This document shows, in pieces, positions 40,493 through 48,939 of a DNA stretch of 64,000 nt (position 1 is the stretch's first letter; each line of letters opens with the position of its first letter). The notes under the pieces were generated by a model, which saw only the letters and a program-made list of their open reading frames with translations, was not told the origin of the DNA and made no database searches. Location of the stretch: positions 32,001 through 96,000 of the forward strand of contig JBBRLQ010000028.1 in assembly GCA_038231275.1 (NCBI GenBank). The letters are read 5' to 3'. Made by a program: the position numbers and the translations under genes. This stretch comes from Polyangiales bacterium. Its GTDB lineage: Bacteria > Myxococcota_A > Polyangia > Polyangiales > Polyangiaceae.

Positions 40493-41644
40493 ATGTCCAT
40501 GAATCATCCCGCCCACCTCGCGCTCGTGAAGTCGCTGCTCCGGCGGGTCGAGGCGGTCACGGCTCCCGCGGTGCTCGTCGGGGAGGTGCCGGCGTGGCAC
40601 TACACGTCGCACGCGCGGTTCGAGGAGGAGCGCGCTGGGCTCTTCGCGCGCGTGCCCACGGTGGTCGCGCACGAGAGCGAGCTCGCGGAGGTCGGCGCGT
40701 GCATGACGGTCGACGTCGCCGGCGTTCCGCTCCTCGTCGTGCGCGGCGCGGATGGCCAGGTGCGCGCGTTCCGCAACGCCTGCCGTCATCGTTCCACCCG
40801 CCTCGTCACCCTCGACGATGCGCCGTGCCGAAAGAAGGCAATCGTGTGCCCGTACCACGGGTGGACCTACGATCTCGAAGGAGCGCGAATCCACGCGCCG
40901 CGCGAAGAGTCGTTCGGAGGCGCCGACGCCGCCCGCAAGGCGCTCGTTCCAGCGTTCGCGGCGGTGCGCCACGGCCTCGTGTGGGCCAGCCTCGTGCCGT
41001 TCGACGTCGCCGCGCACCTCTCCTCGATCGACGACGAGCTCGCGTCGATGGCGCCGCCTGGCGCGGTCCTCTACCGCCGCGTCACGCGCGAGGTGAAGGG
41101 CAACTGGAAGCTCATCGTCGACGCCTTCCTCGACGGCTACCACATCCGCCATTTGCACCGCGACACGGTCTACCGCTTCTTCGTCGATGGGCTGTCGCAG
41201 GCCGAGCCCGCAGGCGATCACATCCGCGCGGCGACCGGGCGGCGCACCCTCTTGGAGGCACGCGGGACGCGCCTCGAGGACGCCGATCTCCGTCTCCTGG
41301 CGACGCCGAGCTACGTCGTCTTTCCGAGCACGGTGCTCATCCTCCACCCCGACTACACCAGCGTCCTCACGATGACGCCGGAGGCCGCGGACCGAACGCG
41401 CTTCGTCCACATGATGCTGATCCCGCCAGGCTCACACACCGACGCCGAAGAGAAGCACTGGGCGAAGAGCTTCTCGCTCATCGACGAGGGGGTCTTCCTC
41501 CGCGAGGATCTGGCGACGGTCGAGGCCATGCAGCGAGGGCTCGCCGCGGGCGCCAACGACACGCTCCTCTTCGGCGACCTCGAGCAAGCGTCGCTGTGGT
41601 TCCACGAGAGCGTTGCGAAGACGCTCGCGTTAGCGCTCCGCTAG
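40493..41644 (+). CDS. Rieske non-heme iron oxygenase alpha subunit
   Basis: NACRHR and CPYHGW (2Fe-2S); NWK..DGYH.RHLH..ED (mononuclear Fe). Confidence 0.92.
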   Translation: MSMNHPAHLALVKSLLRRVEAVTAPAVLVGEVPAWHYTSHARFEEERAGLFARVPTVVAHESELAEVGACMTVDVAGVPLLVVRGADGQVRAFRNACRHRSTRLVTLDDAPCRKKAIVCPYHGWTYDLEGARIHAPREESFGGADAARKALVPAFAAVRHGLVWASLVPFDVAAHLSSIDDELASMAPPGAVLYRRVTREVKGNWKLIVDAFLDGYHIRHLHRDTVYRFFVDGLSQAEPAGDHIRAATGRRTLLEARGTRLEDADLRLLATPSYVVFPSTVLILHPDYTSVLTMTPEAADRTRFVHMMLIPPGSHTDAEEKHWAKSFSLIDEGVFLREDLATVEAMQRGLAAGANDTLLFGDLEQASLWFHESVAKTLALALR

Positions 41645-42255
41645 GGCGCGCCGTCGCAGTTTTCGAAGCGGAACTCCGCGGTGCCGCCGCACGTGCGGTT
41701 CTGGCCGCCGAATACGGCGTTGGGACAGTCGATCTGCGCCCAAATCGCGCCGCCCTTAACGCCCATCTCGGAGCGCGGGAAGCTGATCGTGCAGTCGTCC
41801 TGTCGGAACGTCCCCGTGTCCCCGCGCGCGAAGATGCCCTGGATGCCCGTGATCGGGCCACCCTGCGTGATCGGCGTGCTCACCGTGTTGACGGTGAAGC
41901 TGCCCTGGCCGTCCTGCGTGACCGAGACGTGCACTTCGTAGTTTGGCCCGTTCTGCAGCACGCTGCAGGCCGTGATGTGAACCGCCTGCCCCTGCCACGA
42001 GTCGCCGTCGTTGACGACCGTGCTGTTCTGCCCGGGGATCTTGGCGTTCCCGAGGACGCCGATGTTCACCCACGGCTGCTGCGAGCCGAGCTGGCACTGC
42101 GCCTGCGGGTGATCGGCCGTGTTGCCGAGGTTCGACGTCAACGCGACGTGCGCGGTCGGGTTGGTCTTGTCCCCGCAGCCCGGCACCGCCAGGACCCCCG
42201 CGGAGACGGCGACCGTGGCAGCGAGCGTGGAAAGGAAGGTACGGCTCGTGGTCAT
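41641..42255 (-). CDS. Hypothetical lipoprotein
   Basis: Lipobox VPGC, six further Cys, C-terminal FRFENC; GAGGAGG RBS. Confidence 0.75.
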   Translation of the reverse strand: MTTSRTFLSTLAATVAVSAGVLAVPGCGDKTNPTAHVALTSNLGNTADHPQAQCQLGSQQPWVNIGVLGNAKIPGQNSTVVNDGDSWQGQAVHITACSVLQNGPNYEVHVSVTQDGQGSFTVNTVSTPITQGGPITGIQGIFARGDTGTFRQDDCTISFPRSEMGVKGGAIWAQIDCPNAVFGGQNRTCGGTAEFRFENCDGAP

Positions 42256-42278
42256 CAGGGCCTCCTCGTACAACGATA

Positions 42279-43451
42279 TCACGCGTTCTTGGCGGCCGCG
42301 AAACCTCGGTCAAGATCGCCGCGCAGATCCCCGAGATCCTCGATGCCGATCGACAGGCGGATGAGGCCGTCGCCGATGCCGAGCGCCCTTCGAGCGTCGG
42401 CCGGGAGGCTCGCGTGGGTCATGATCGCGGGGTGCTCGGCGAGCGACTCGACGCCGCCAAGGCTCTCCGCGCACGCGAAGATCTGGAGCGCCTTCAAGAA
42501 CGCCGCCGACGCGCCGAGACCCCCCTTCAGTTCGAAGCTGATCATGCCTCCGGGCCCCTTCATTTGGCGCTCGGCGAGGGCGTGCCCTTTGTGCGACGTG
42601 AGGCCCGGATACAAGACACGCTCCACTTGCGCGTGCCCTTCGAGCCACGACGCGATCGAGGTCGCGCTCTCGACGTGGCGCTTCATGCGCACCGCGAGGG
42701 TCTTGAGGCCGCGGAGGACCATGTAGCAGTCGAAGGGGCTCGGCACCGCGCCGACCGACTTCTGGAGGAAGTGCAGGCGCTCGGCGAGCTCCGCGTCCGA
42801 CGTCATGATCGCGCCGCCGACGACGTCGGAGTGGCCGTTCAGGTACTTGGTCACCGAATGGACCGCCATCGTCGCGCCGAGCGCGAGCGGCAGCTGCAGG
42901 ATCGGCGTCGCGAACGTGTTGTCGACGGCGAGCCACGCGCCGTGCTTCTTCGCGATGTCGGCGATCGCCGCGATGTCGAAGATCTTGAGCATCGGGTTGC
43001 TCGGCGTCTCCATCCACACCAGTTTGGTGTTGGGCCGCAGCGCCTCTTTCACCTTTGCCGGATCGCTCATGTCGAGGAACGTCGCCTCGACGCCGAACTG
43101 CTTCATCACCTTGTCGAAGATGCGGAAGGTGCCGCCGTACACGTCGTCGCCGACGAGCACGTGGTCGCCGCTCTTCAAGAGGAGGAGCACCGCCGTCGTC
43201 GCCGCGCAGCCGCTGCCGAACGCGATCGCGTGCGTTCCGCCCTCGATCGAGGCGTAGCAGCCCTCGAGCGCGTCGCGCGTGGGGTTGCCGGCGCGCGAGT
43301 AGTCGAAGCCCTTGTGTCCGCCGGGGCCGTCCTGCGCGAACGTGCTCGACAGGACGATCGGCGTCATCACGGCGCCGTGGACGGGATCGGGGGACTGCCC
43401 GCCGTGGATGCAGAGCGTGTCGATGTGGGCGCGGTCGTGCGAAGAGGTCAT
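42279..43451 (-). CDS. Cystathionine gamma-synthase/gamma-lyase (PLP trans-sulfuration enzyme)
   Basis: YSRAGNPT, YGGT, ETPSNP, VDNTFATP, SVTKYLNGHSDV, AESLGGVESL. Confidence 0.93.
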   Translation of the reverse strand: MTSSHDRAHIDTLCIHGGQSPDPVHGAVMTPIVLSSTFAQDGPGGHKGFDYSRAGNPTRDALEGCYASIEGGTHAIAFGSGCAATTAVLLLLKSGDHVLVGDDVYGGTFRIFDKVMKQFGVEATFLDMSDPAKVKEALRPNTKLVWMETPSNPMLKIFDIAAIADIAKKHGAWLAVDNTFATPILQLPLALGATMAVHSVTKYLNGHSDVVGGAIMTSDAELAERLHFLQKSVGAVPSPFDCYMVLRGLKTLAVRMKRHVESATSIASWLEGHAQVERVLYPGLTSHKGHALAERQMKGPGGMISFELKGGLGASAAFLKALQIFACAESLGGVESLAEHPAIMTHASLPADARRALGIGDGLIRLSIGIEDLGDLRGDLDRGFAAAKNA

Positions 43452-43468
43452 CGTGCCTTGTCTTACCA

Positions 43469-44224
43469 TCAGGGGCCGCCCTCGACGAGGAGGCGCGTGA
43501 CCTCGCGGGCGCTCGCGGGACGTTCGCTGGCGTCGAAGGCAATGCACGCCTCGAGCGCCGCCGCCGTCGCTGCCGGGAGAGGCGCGGCAGCCCGCTTCGC
43601 CCAGGACGCGAGCGGTGTCTCGGCGGCCTCGGCGATCGCGGCCGCCAGCGAGGGCGCGCCGCGCGGAGCCACCCCCGAGGCGACGTGGAGGAGCGACGCG
43701 GCGAGCGCGAAGAGGTCGGCGCGCGCGTCGAACGGCTCTGCCCGCGCGATCTCCGGCGCCGCATACAGAATCGTGCCTCGAAACGCGCCGCCCGTCGGCG
43801 TCGGCCAATGCCGGCCGGTCGCGAGACCGAAGTCGAGCAGCGCCGCGGATGCACCATCGGCCGCGACCGCCACGTTCGCGGGGCTCACGTCGCCGTGGAC
43901 GATCGCGAGAGAGCCCTCGCCGTCGCCCGCCTCGTGGACCGCGGCGAGCGCGGCGAAGGACGCCTGCGCCGCGCGCGCCACCCACGCCGGATCAGGCAAT
44001 GTATCCAAATGTGTGTAGAGCGTCGGCCACGCGACTTCGGTCATCTGCAGCCAGGGGCCCGATGCGTCCTCTCCAGAGGCGAGAAGACGAGGGGCTCCTC
44101 GTCCCGCGAGCGCGTCTAGGATCGCGATTTCCGCGCGCCACTGGCGCATCGCGTCTCGATCGCCGCGCAGGCGCTCGTTGAGACGCTTGATGAACCCTGG
44201 TCCCGCGGGCGCGATCTCGGTCAC
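43469..44224 (-). CDS. Compact Ser/Thr kinase-like protein
   Basis: HGDVSPAN, LDFG, GTILYAAPE, ADLF; no clear Gly-rich loop. Confidence 0.8.
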   Translation of the reverse strand: MTEIAPAGPGFIKRLNERLRGDRDAMRQWRAEIAILDALAGRGAPRLLASGEDASGPWLQMTEVAWPTLYTHLDTLPDPAWVARAAQASFAALAAVHEAGDGEGSLAIVHGDVSPANVAVAADGASAALLDFGLATGRHWPTPTGGAFRGTILYAAPEIARAEPFDARADLFALAASLLHVASGVAPRGAPSLAAAIAEAAETPLASWAKRAAAPLPAATAAALEACIAFDASERPASAREVTRLLVEGGP

Positions 44225-44233
44225 GTGCTAAGA

Positions 44234-45460
44234 ATGCCCCCTTCGAGGTCCGTCTTGCCGAAAAGTCGCCTGTCCGTCGTCGCCTTGCTCTCTGCCGCCG
44301 CCGTCGTGGCGGCTGCCGCGTGCGGTGGCTCCTCCTCCCACGATCTGATCGGTCCGGACGGCGACGCTGGCTCCAGCGGTACGTCCGGCGCGAGCGGGAC
44401 GAGCGGCACGTCCGGGACGAGTGGCACGAGCGGGACGAGCGGCACGAGCGGGACCAGCGGGACGAGCGGGACCAGCGGCACGAGCGGGTCGAGTGGATCG
44501 AGCGGATCGAGCGGATCGAGCGGCAGCTCCGGCTCCACCGGCACGCTCCCCGACGGCGGCGCGATCGCCTACACGTCGGCGGTGAAGATCATCGTCGAGC
44601 CGTCGGACAACGGCCAGGCGCTCCTCGATGCGATCAACGCCGCGAAGACGAGCGTGCACGTCACGATGTACCTGCTCACGTTCAACGGCCCGGTCTACAA
44701 GGCGCTCATCGCCGCCAAGAGCAAGGTCGAGGTGAAGGTCGTCCTCAACCAGAATTTCCCGGGCGGTCAAGGGAGCAACGTCTCCACCTACAACGGCCTC
44801 AAGGCCGCCGGGGTCAACGTCGTATGGGCGCCGTCGGTCTACACGTTCACCCACGAAAAATGCGTGATCCTCGACACCGCGACGGCTTGGATCATGACGA
44901 TGAACGCGACGGACTCGTCGGCGTCGCAGAACCGCGAGTACCTCGCCGTCGACACCGACGCCGACGACGTGAAGTACGCGGAGCAGATCTTCGAAGAAGA
45001 CTTCACGGGCGCCGCCGCCAACGTGAGCGGCAAGCTCGTCCTTGCGCCGATCAACGCCAAGGCCCGCATCTACGCGCTGCTCAAGTCGGCCACCACGAGC
45101 ATCGACCTCGAGGGCGAAGAGTTCAGCGACATTGATCTCACCAACATCATCGCCGCCAAGGCCGACGCCGGCGTCGCGGTGCGCGTGGTCCTCGCCGACA
45201 ACACGCCGACGCCGTCGCAGCAGACCTCCGTGACGACGCTGAAGGCGCACAAGATCACCGTCAAGTCGATGTCGAACCCGTACGTCCACGCCAAGGCGAT
45301 CGTCGTCGACGGCGTGCACGCCTACGTCGGCTCGGAGAACTTCACGAGCGGCTCGATGACCGGCAACCGCGAGCTCGGCGTGCTGTTCGACACGGCCGCG
45401 GAGGTCGCAAAGGTCACGACTACGATCGCGGCGGATTTCGCCGCAGGAACGGCGCTCTAA
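44234..45460 (+). CDS. Phospholipase D-superfamily lipoprotein with two HKD motifs
   Basis: Lipobox [12 protein letters not shown] and [15 protein letters not shown] motifs. Confidence 0.9.
   Translation: MPPSRSVLPKSRLSVVALLSAAAVVAAAACGGSSSHDLIGPDGDAGSSGTSGASGTSGTSGTSGTSGTSGTSGTSGTSGTSGTSGSSGSSGSSGSSGSSGSTGTLPDGGAIAYTSAVKIIVEPSDNGQALLDAINAAKTSVHVTMYLLTFNGPVYKALIAAKSKVEVKVVLNQNFPGGQGSNVSTYNGLKAAGVNVVWAPSVYTFTHEKCVILDTATAWIMTMNATDSSASQNREYLAVDTDADDVKYAEQIFEEDFTGAAANVSGKLVLAPINAKARIYALLKSATTSIDLEGEEFSDIDLTNIIAAKADAGVAVRVVLADNTPTPSQQTSVTTLKAHKITVKSMSNPYVHAKAIVVDGVHAYVGSENFTSGSMTGNRELGVLFDTAAEVAKVTTTIAADFAAGTAL
44375..44540 (+). repeat. 9-bp intragenic tandem repeat encoding an (SGT/SGS)n linker
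   Basis: Repeated AGCGGGACG/AGCGGCACG/AGCGGATCG units. Confidence 0.9.
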
Positions 45461-45497
45461 CCTTAGGGCACGGCGAATACGATATAGGTTCGTCCCT

Positions 45498-47009
45498 ATG
45501 TCCGACGAAATCACGCAAGCGCGGACCGAAGCGCGGCTCGCGAAGGGATTCCGAGACGTCGAAGCGGCTGAAATTCGCCGACACGACGCGATGATCGCCA
45601 CGATCCGTTCGGTCTACGAGCGCTACGGCTTCGAGCCGCTCGAGACGCCGGCCTTCGAGTACACCGACGCGCTCGGAAAATTTCTGCCCGATCAGGATCG
45701 CCCGAACGCCGGCGTCTTCTCCGTGCAAGACGACGACGAGGCGTGGATGAGCCTGCGTTACGATCTCACGGCGCCGCTCGCGAGGTACGTTGCGCAGAAC
45801 TACGAACGGCTCCCCAAGCCGTATCGCCGCTACGCGACCGGCCCGGTGTTTCGGAACGAGAAACCGGGCCCCAGCCGTTTCCGTCAGTTCGTTCAGTTCG
45901 ACGCGGACACCGTCGGGACCGAGAACCTCGCGGCCGACGCCGAGCTCTGCATGCTCGCCGCCGACACGTTCGAGGCGCTGGGAATTCGGCGCGGCGACTA
46001 CATCGTAAAGCTGAACCACCGGAAGCTCCTCGACGGCGTCCTCGAAGCGATCGGCGTCACCGCAGCGTCCGACGCCGACGGCAGCAAGCGACTCGCAGTG
46101 CTTCGCGCGATCGACAAGCTCGACCGACTCGGCAACGCCGGTGTGCTTGCGCTCTTGGGGCCTGGCAGAAAAGACGAGTCGGGCGACTTCACGAAAGGCG
46201 CCGGGCTCGACGCCGCCGCGACGGACGTGGTCATGCGCTTCGTCGGCGCGACTGCCGCAAACGAGGAGACGGCCCTGTCCACTGTCGAAGCGCTCGTGGC
46301 GTCGTCCGAAATCGGGCGCGCGGCGGTCGCCGATCTCCGGCAGCTCGACGCGCTCCTCAAGGGGGCAGGGTACGGCGCGGACCGCATTCGCTTCGACTCG
46401 ACGGTCGTGCGCGGGCTCGAGTACTACACGGGGCCCGTCTTCGAGGCGGAGCTCACCTTCGAGATCAAAGGGGACGACGGAGCGCCCGTTCGCTTCGGGG
46501 CCGTCGGCGGAGGCGGGCGCTACGACGATCTCGTCGCGCGATTTCTCGGCCAGAAGGTACCCGCCACAGGCTTCTCGGTGGGCGTGTCGCGTCTTCAGGC
46601 GGCGCTTGCCCATCTGAAACAAGACGACGCCGGCGCGACGCTCGGTCCAGTGGTCGTCCTCGTCATGGACCGCGCGGAGCTGCCGCGGTACCAGGCGATC
46701 GTGCAGACCCTCCGGCACGCGGGCATTCGCGCGGAGATGTACCTAGGCACGTCGGGAATGAAGCCGCAGATGAAGTACGCCGACCGGCGCAATAGCCCGT
46801 GCGTCGTCATCCAGGGATCGAACGAGCGCGCGAACGGCGAGATTCAGCTGAAGGATCTCATCGAGGGGGCCAAAGCCGCCGCGTCGATCAAGGACAACAA
46901 GGCGTGGAAAGAAGCACGCCCCGCCCAAGTGACGATCAAAGAAGCGGACCTCGTCGACGAAGTCCGCCGTCTGCTCGCGCGGCACGACCCTCCAGCCGAG
47001 CATCCTTGA
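45498..47009 (+). CDS. hisS: Histidine--tRNA ligase, alphaproteobacterial-type
   Basis: GF.D motif 1, [29 protein letters not shown] motif 2, [26 protein letters not shown] motif 3, anticodon domain QMKYADRR. Confidence 0.96.
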   Translation: MSDEITQARTEARLAKGFRDVEAAEIRRHDAMIATIRSVYERYGFEPLETPAFEYTDALGKFLPDQDRPNAGVFSVQDDDEAWMSLRYDLTAPLARYVAQNYERLPKPYRRYATGPVFRNEKPGPSRFRQFVQFDADTVGTENLAADAELCMLAADTFEALGIRRGDYIVKLNHRKLLDGVLEAIGVTAASDADGSKRLAVLRAIDKLDRLGNAGVLALLGPGRKDESGDFTKGAGLDAAATDVVMRFVGATAANEETALSTVEALVASSEIGRAAVADLRQLDALLKGAGYGADRIRFDSTVVRGLEYYTGPVFEAELTFEIKGDDGAPVRFGAVGGGGRYDDLVARFLGQKVPATGFSVGVSRLQAALAHLKQDDAGATLGPVVVLVMDRAELPRYQAIVQTLRHAGIRAEMYLGTSGMKPQMKYADRRNSPCVVIQGSNERANGEIQLKDLIEGAKAAASIKDNKAWKEARPAQVTIKEADLVDEVRRLLARHDPPAEHP

Positions 47010-47030
47010 ACGATGAACGTCGAAGCGACT

Positions 47031-47107
47031 TGGTACCAGCTCTCGGGGTCGAACCGAGGACCTCTAGATCCACAATCTAGCGCTCTAACCAACTGAGCTA
47101 AGCCGGC
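47031..47107 (-). tRNA. tRNA-His (GUG), non-canonical: no encoded G-1, A73, G1:U72, encoded CCA
   Basis: GCCGGCT TA GCTC AGTTGGTTA GAGC G CTAGA TTGTGGA TCTAG AGGTC CTCGG TTCGACC CCGAG AGCTGGT A CCA folds into a full cloverleaf. Confidence 0.97.
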
Positions 47108-47151
47108 GTACAGAAACGGTTCCTCTCAGAAACCGCGACAATTCGCTTCCT

Positions 47152-47180
47152 AGCATAAGACCGACGAGCGGTCGACGCAA
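47152..47180 (-). promoter_or_regulatory. Putative sigma-70 promoter of tRNA-His
   Basis: Minus strand TTGCGT-N17-TATGCT, about 45 nt upstream of the tRNA 5' end. Confidence 0.6.
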
Positions 47181-47230
47181 TCTGTCGCTAGGCCGATCTG
47201 CCCGGGACGGAGGGGCGTAGACGCTGCAAG

Positions 47231-47836
47231 GTGGCAGTCCCGACCGGCGCGCAGAAGGACGAGGACAAGGACGACAAGGATCCCTGCGCGACCTGCGACG
47301 CCGACAAGAAGGCCAAGAAGAAAAAGGAGCGAGACGCCAAGGTCGCCAAGATGACGGCCAAGCTCGATCCCCAGCTGAAGGCGGACGTCGAGAAGTCGCC
47401 GGAGCTGCAGAAGGATCTCGCCGAGCTCAATGACAAGGGCTGGACCGTGCGCGAGGATCCGAGCTTGAAGCCGCCGACGGCAGGCGTCACGAACTCCGCG
47501 ACCAAAGAGATCACGCTCGCCTCTGGAAGCGACACCGGCACGCTCGCCCACGAAGTGCAGCACGCCCTGAACAGCGAATCGGGTCAGTATCAGCCGCCGC
47601 AGATCGGCTCGATGAGCCGAAGCGACTTCGTGAGCGCGGCGACGCAAGCGTCGGTGCAGGACGAGCGGTCGGCCTTCGGGAATCAGAACCTCGTGAGGAG
47701 CGAGATCTTGGCCAACGGCGGCCGCGACATCGGCCCCGTCCGGAGCTTCGGGTCGCTCTACCAGGACGCGTACACGAGCTACTACACGAACGCCTACGGC
47801 AAGTACTACGATACGTATGCGCCGGGAGGGAGGTGA
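47231..47836 (+). CDS. HExxH zincin-like protein, putative toxin C-terminal domain
   Basis: TLAHEVQHA followed by DE..A and RSEILANGGRDIG; start uncertain. Confidence 0.65.
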   Translation: MAVPTGAQKDEDKDDKDPCATCDADKKAKKKKERDAKVAKMTAKLDPQLKADVEKSPELQKDLAELNDKGWTVREDPSLKPPTAGVTNSATKEITLASGSDTGTLAHEVQHALNSESGQYQPPQIGSMSRSDFVSAATQASVQDERSAFGNQNLVRSEILANGGRDIGPVRSFGSLYQDAYTSYYTNAYGKYYDTYAPGGR

Positions 47837-48288
47837 CGCCGATGAGCCACTGGATCACCTCCCTCGTCGAGCACGTCGTACGGCAGCGGATGCCCCCAAA
47901 GAGCGGAGGCCTCTGGACCGGGCTCGGCGTTCCCGTCGTTCGCACCGAGACGAGCGGAGACATGGAGTACTTCCAGGGCGCCCTCGACGCCGGCCCCTTC
48001 ACGAAAGCGGAGCTCCGGGTGAACCGCGCGACCGGCTTCGCGCTGCTCGTCCTCGCGCCACGCGACGACGCGCCCATCCGAGAAGCGGATCTCGCGCTCG
48101 ACGCTTACGGGCCCAGTCGGGTCGAGATCACGCCGGACATTTCCCCCGAGGGGGCGACCACGCTCGTCTTCGAAGTGAACGGGGTCACGGTCCGCTTCCA
48201 GCTGACGACCGACGGTCGTGTGCTCCGCGTCATGAGCTTCACGTGGCCGGCGCGCGCGCTCCATTCGGTTCCGCACGATCGCCACTGA
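47833..48288 (+). CDS. Hypothetical protein, candidate immunity protein
   Basis: GTGA coupling to the upstream putative toxin; size and position. Confidence 0.55.
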   Translation: MTPMSHWITSLVEHVVRQRMPPKSGGLWTGLGVPVVRTETSGDMEYFQGALDAGPFTKAELRVNRATGFALLVLAPRDDAPIREADLALDAYGPSRVEITPDISPEGATTLVFEVNGVTVRFQLTTDGRVLRVMSFTWPARALHSVPHDRH

Positions 48289-48336
48289 CCGAAGAATCGA
48301 CCGCGTCCGTTGTCGGGCGTGGTGCGTAGCTTCGAC

Positions 48337-48930
48337 ATGGATCATCGGTTCCCCGTCTCGAGCACCCCGCCTTGGGCCCGCCATCCTCGTGGCGGCCTGA
48401 CGTTCGCCCCTCCGAGCGGGTGGCTCGATCGGACGGTCGTCGCGTACACGAGCCCGGCCGAGTCCACGAAGCCGCTCGCGCCGAGCATCGTGATTACGCG
48501 CGAGCCGGTTCGTCCCGGCGACACGCTGCGACTTCACGGGAACCGGCAGCTGATGGAGCTCGAGGCGCAGCTCGAGCACTTCGACCTCGTGGAGTCGCGC
48601 GAGGCCGAGCTCGGTGGTTTCCCGGCCCTCTTCTATCGCTACACCTGGGTGAGCCACGTCGGGGCGCTCGAGCAGACGATGACCTTGGCGCTCTCGATGC
48701 ACGACGGCGATTCGGTGATGACTACGGTGACGACGACCGCCGCGCGCGGGGACGCACGTGACGCCGACGCCGCGTTCGCAGGCATGCTCGCGACGATGCG
48801 CTTCGACGATCCGGGCTCGCCCGAGCCCGCGCGGATCTCGACCATCGTGCCGGCACCGGCGGCCGTCGCCTCGATGGCGGACCTTCCCAGTTTTCCCATG
48901 CCCGGCGTCGGCCGCGGCGCCCGTCGCTGA
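48337..48930 (+). CDS. DcrB-related (DUF1795/Eag-like) T6SS effector chaperone
   Basis: PSGWLDRTVV..SIVITRE..QL..L..F.L pattern; immediately upstream of a PAAR effector. Confidence 0.75.
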   Translation: MDHRFPVSSTPPWARHPRGGLTFAPPSGWLDRTVVAYTSPAESTKPLAPSIVITREPVRPGDTLRLHGNRQLMELEAQLEHFDLVESREAELGGFPALFYRYTWVSHVGALEQTMTLALSMHDGDSVMTTVTTTAARGDARDADAAFAGMLATMRFDDPGSPEPARISTIVPAPAAVASMADLPSFPMPGVGRGARR

Positions 48931-48939
48931 GGCCCGGCC

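Noticed and set aside
43469..44224. Truncated kinase as a pseudogene
   Set aside because: The Lys, HGD..N, DFG and APE motifs are intact, with no frameshift or internal stop visible.
46844..47092. 82-aa minus-strand ORF
   Set aside because: It overlaps the tRNA-His gene and the hisS 3' end, so it is spurious.
47213..47228. GG-N10-GC sigma-54-like site upstream of the HExxH ORF
   Set aside because: Poor -24 context, and the implied TSS falls inside the ORF; chance matches are common at this GC.
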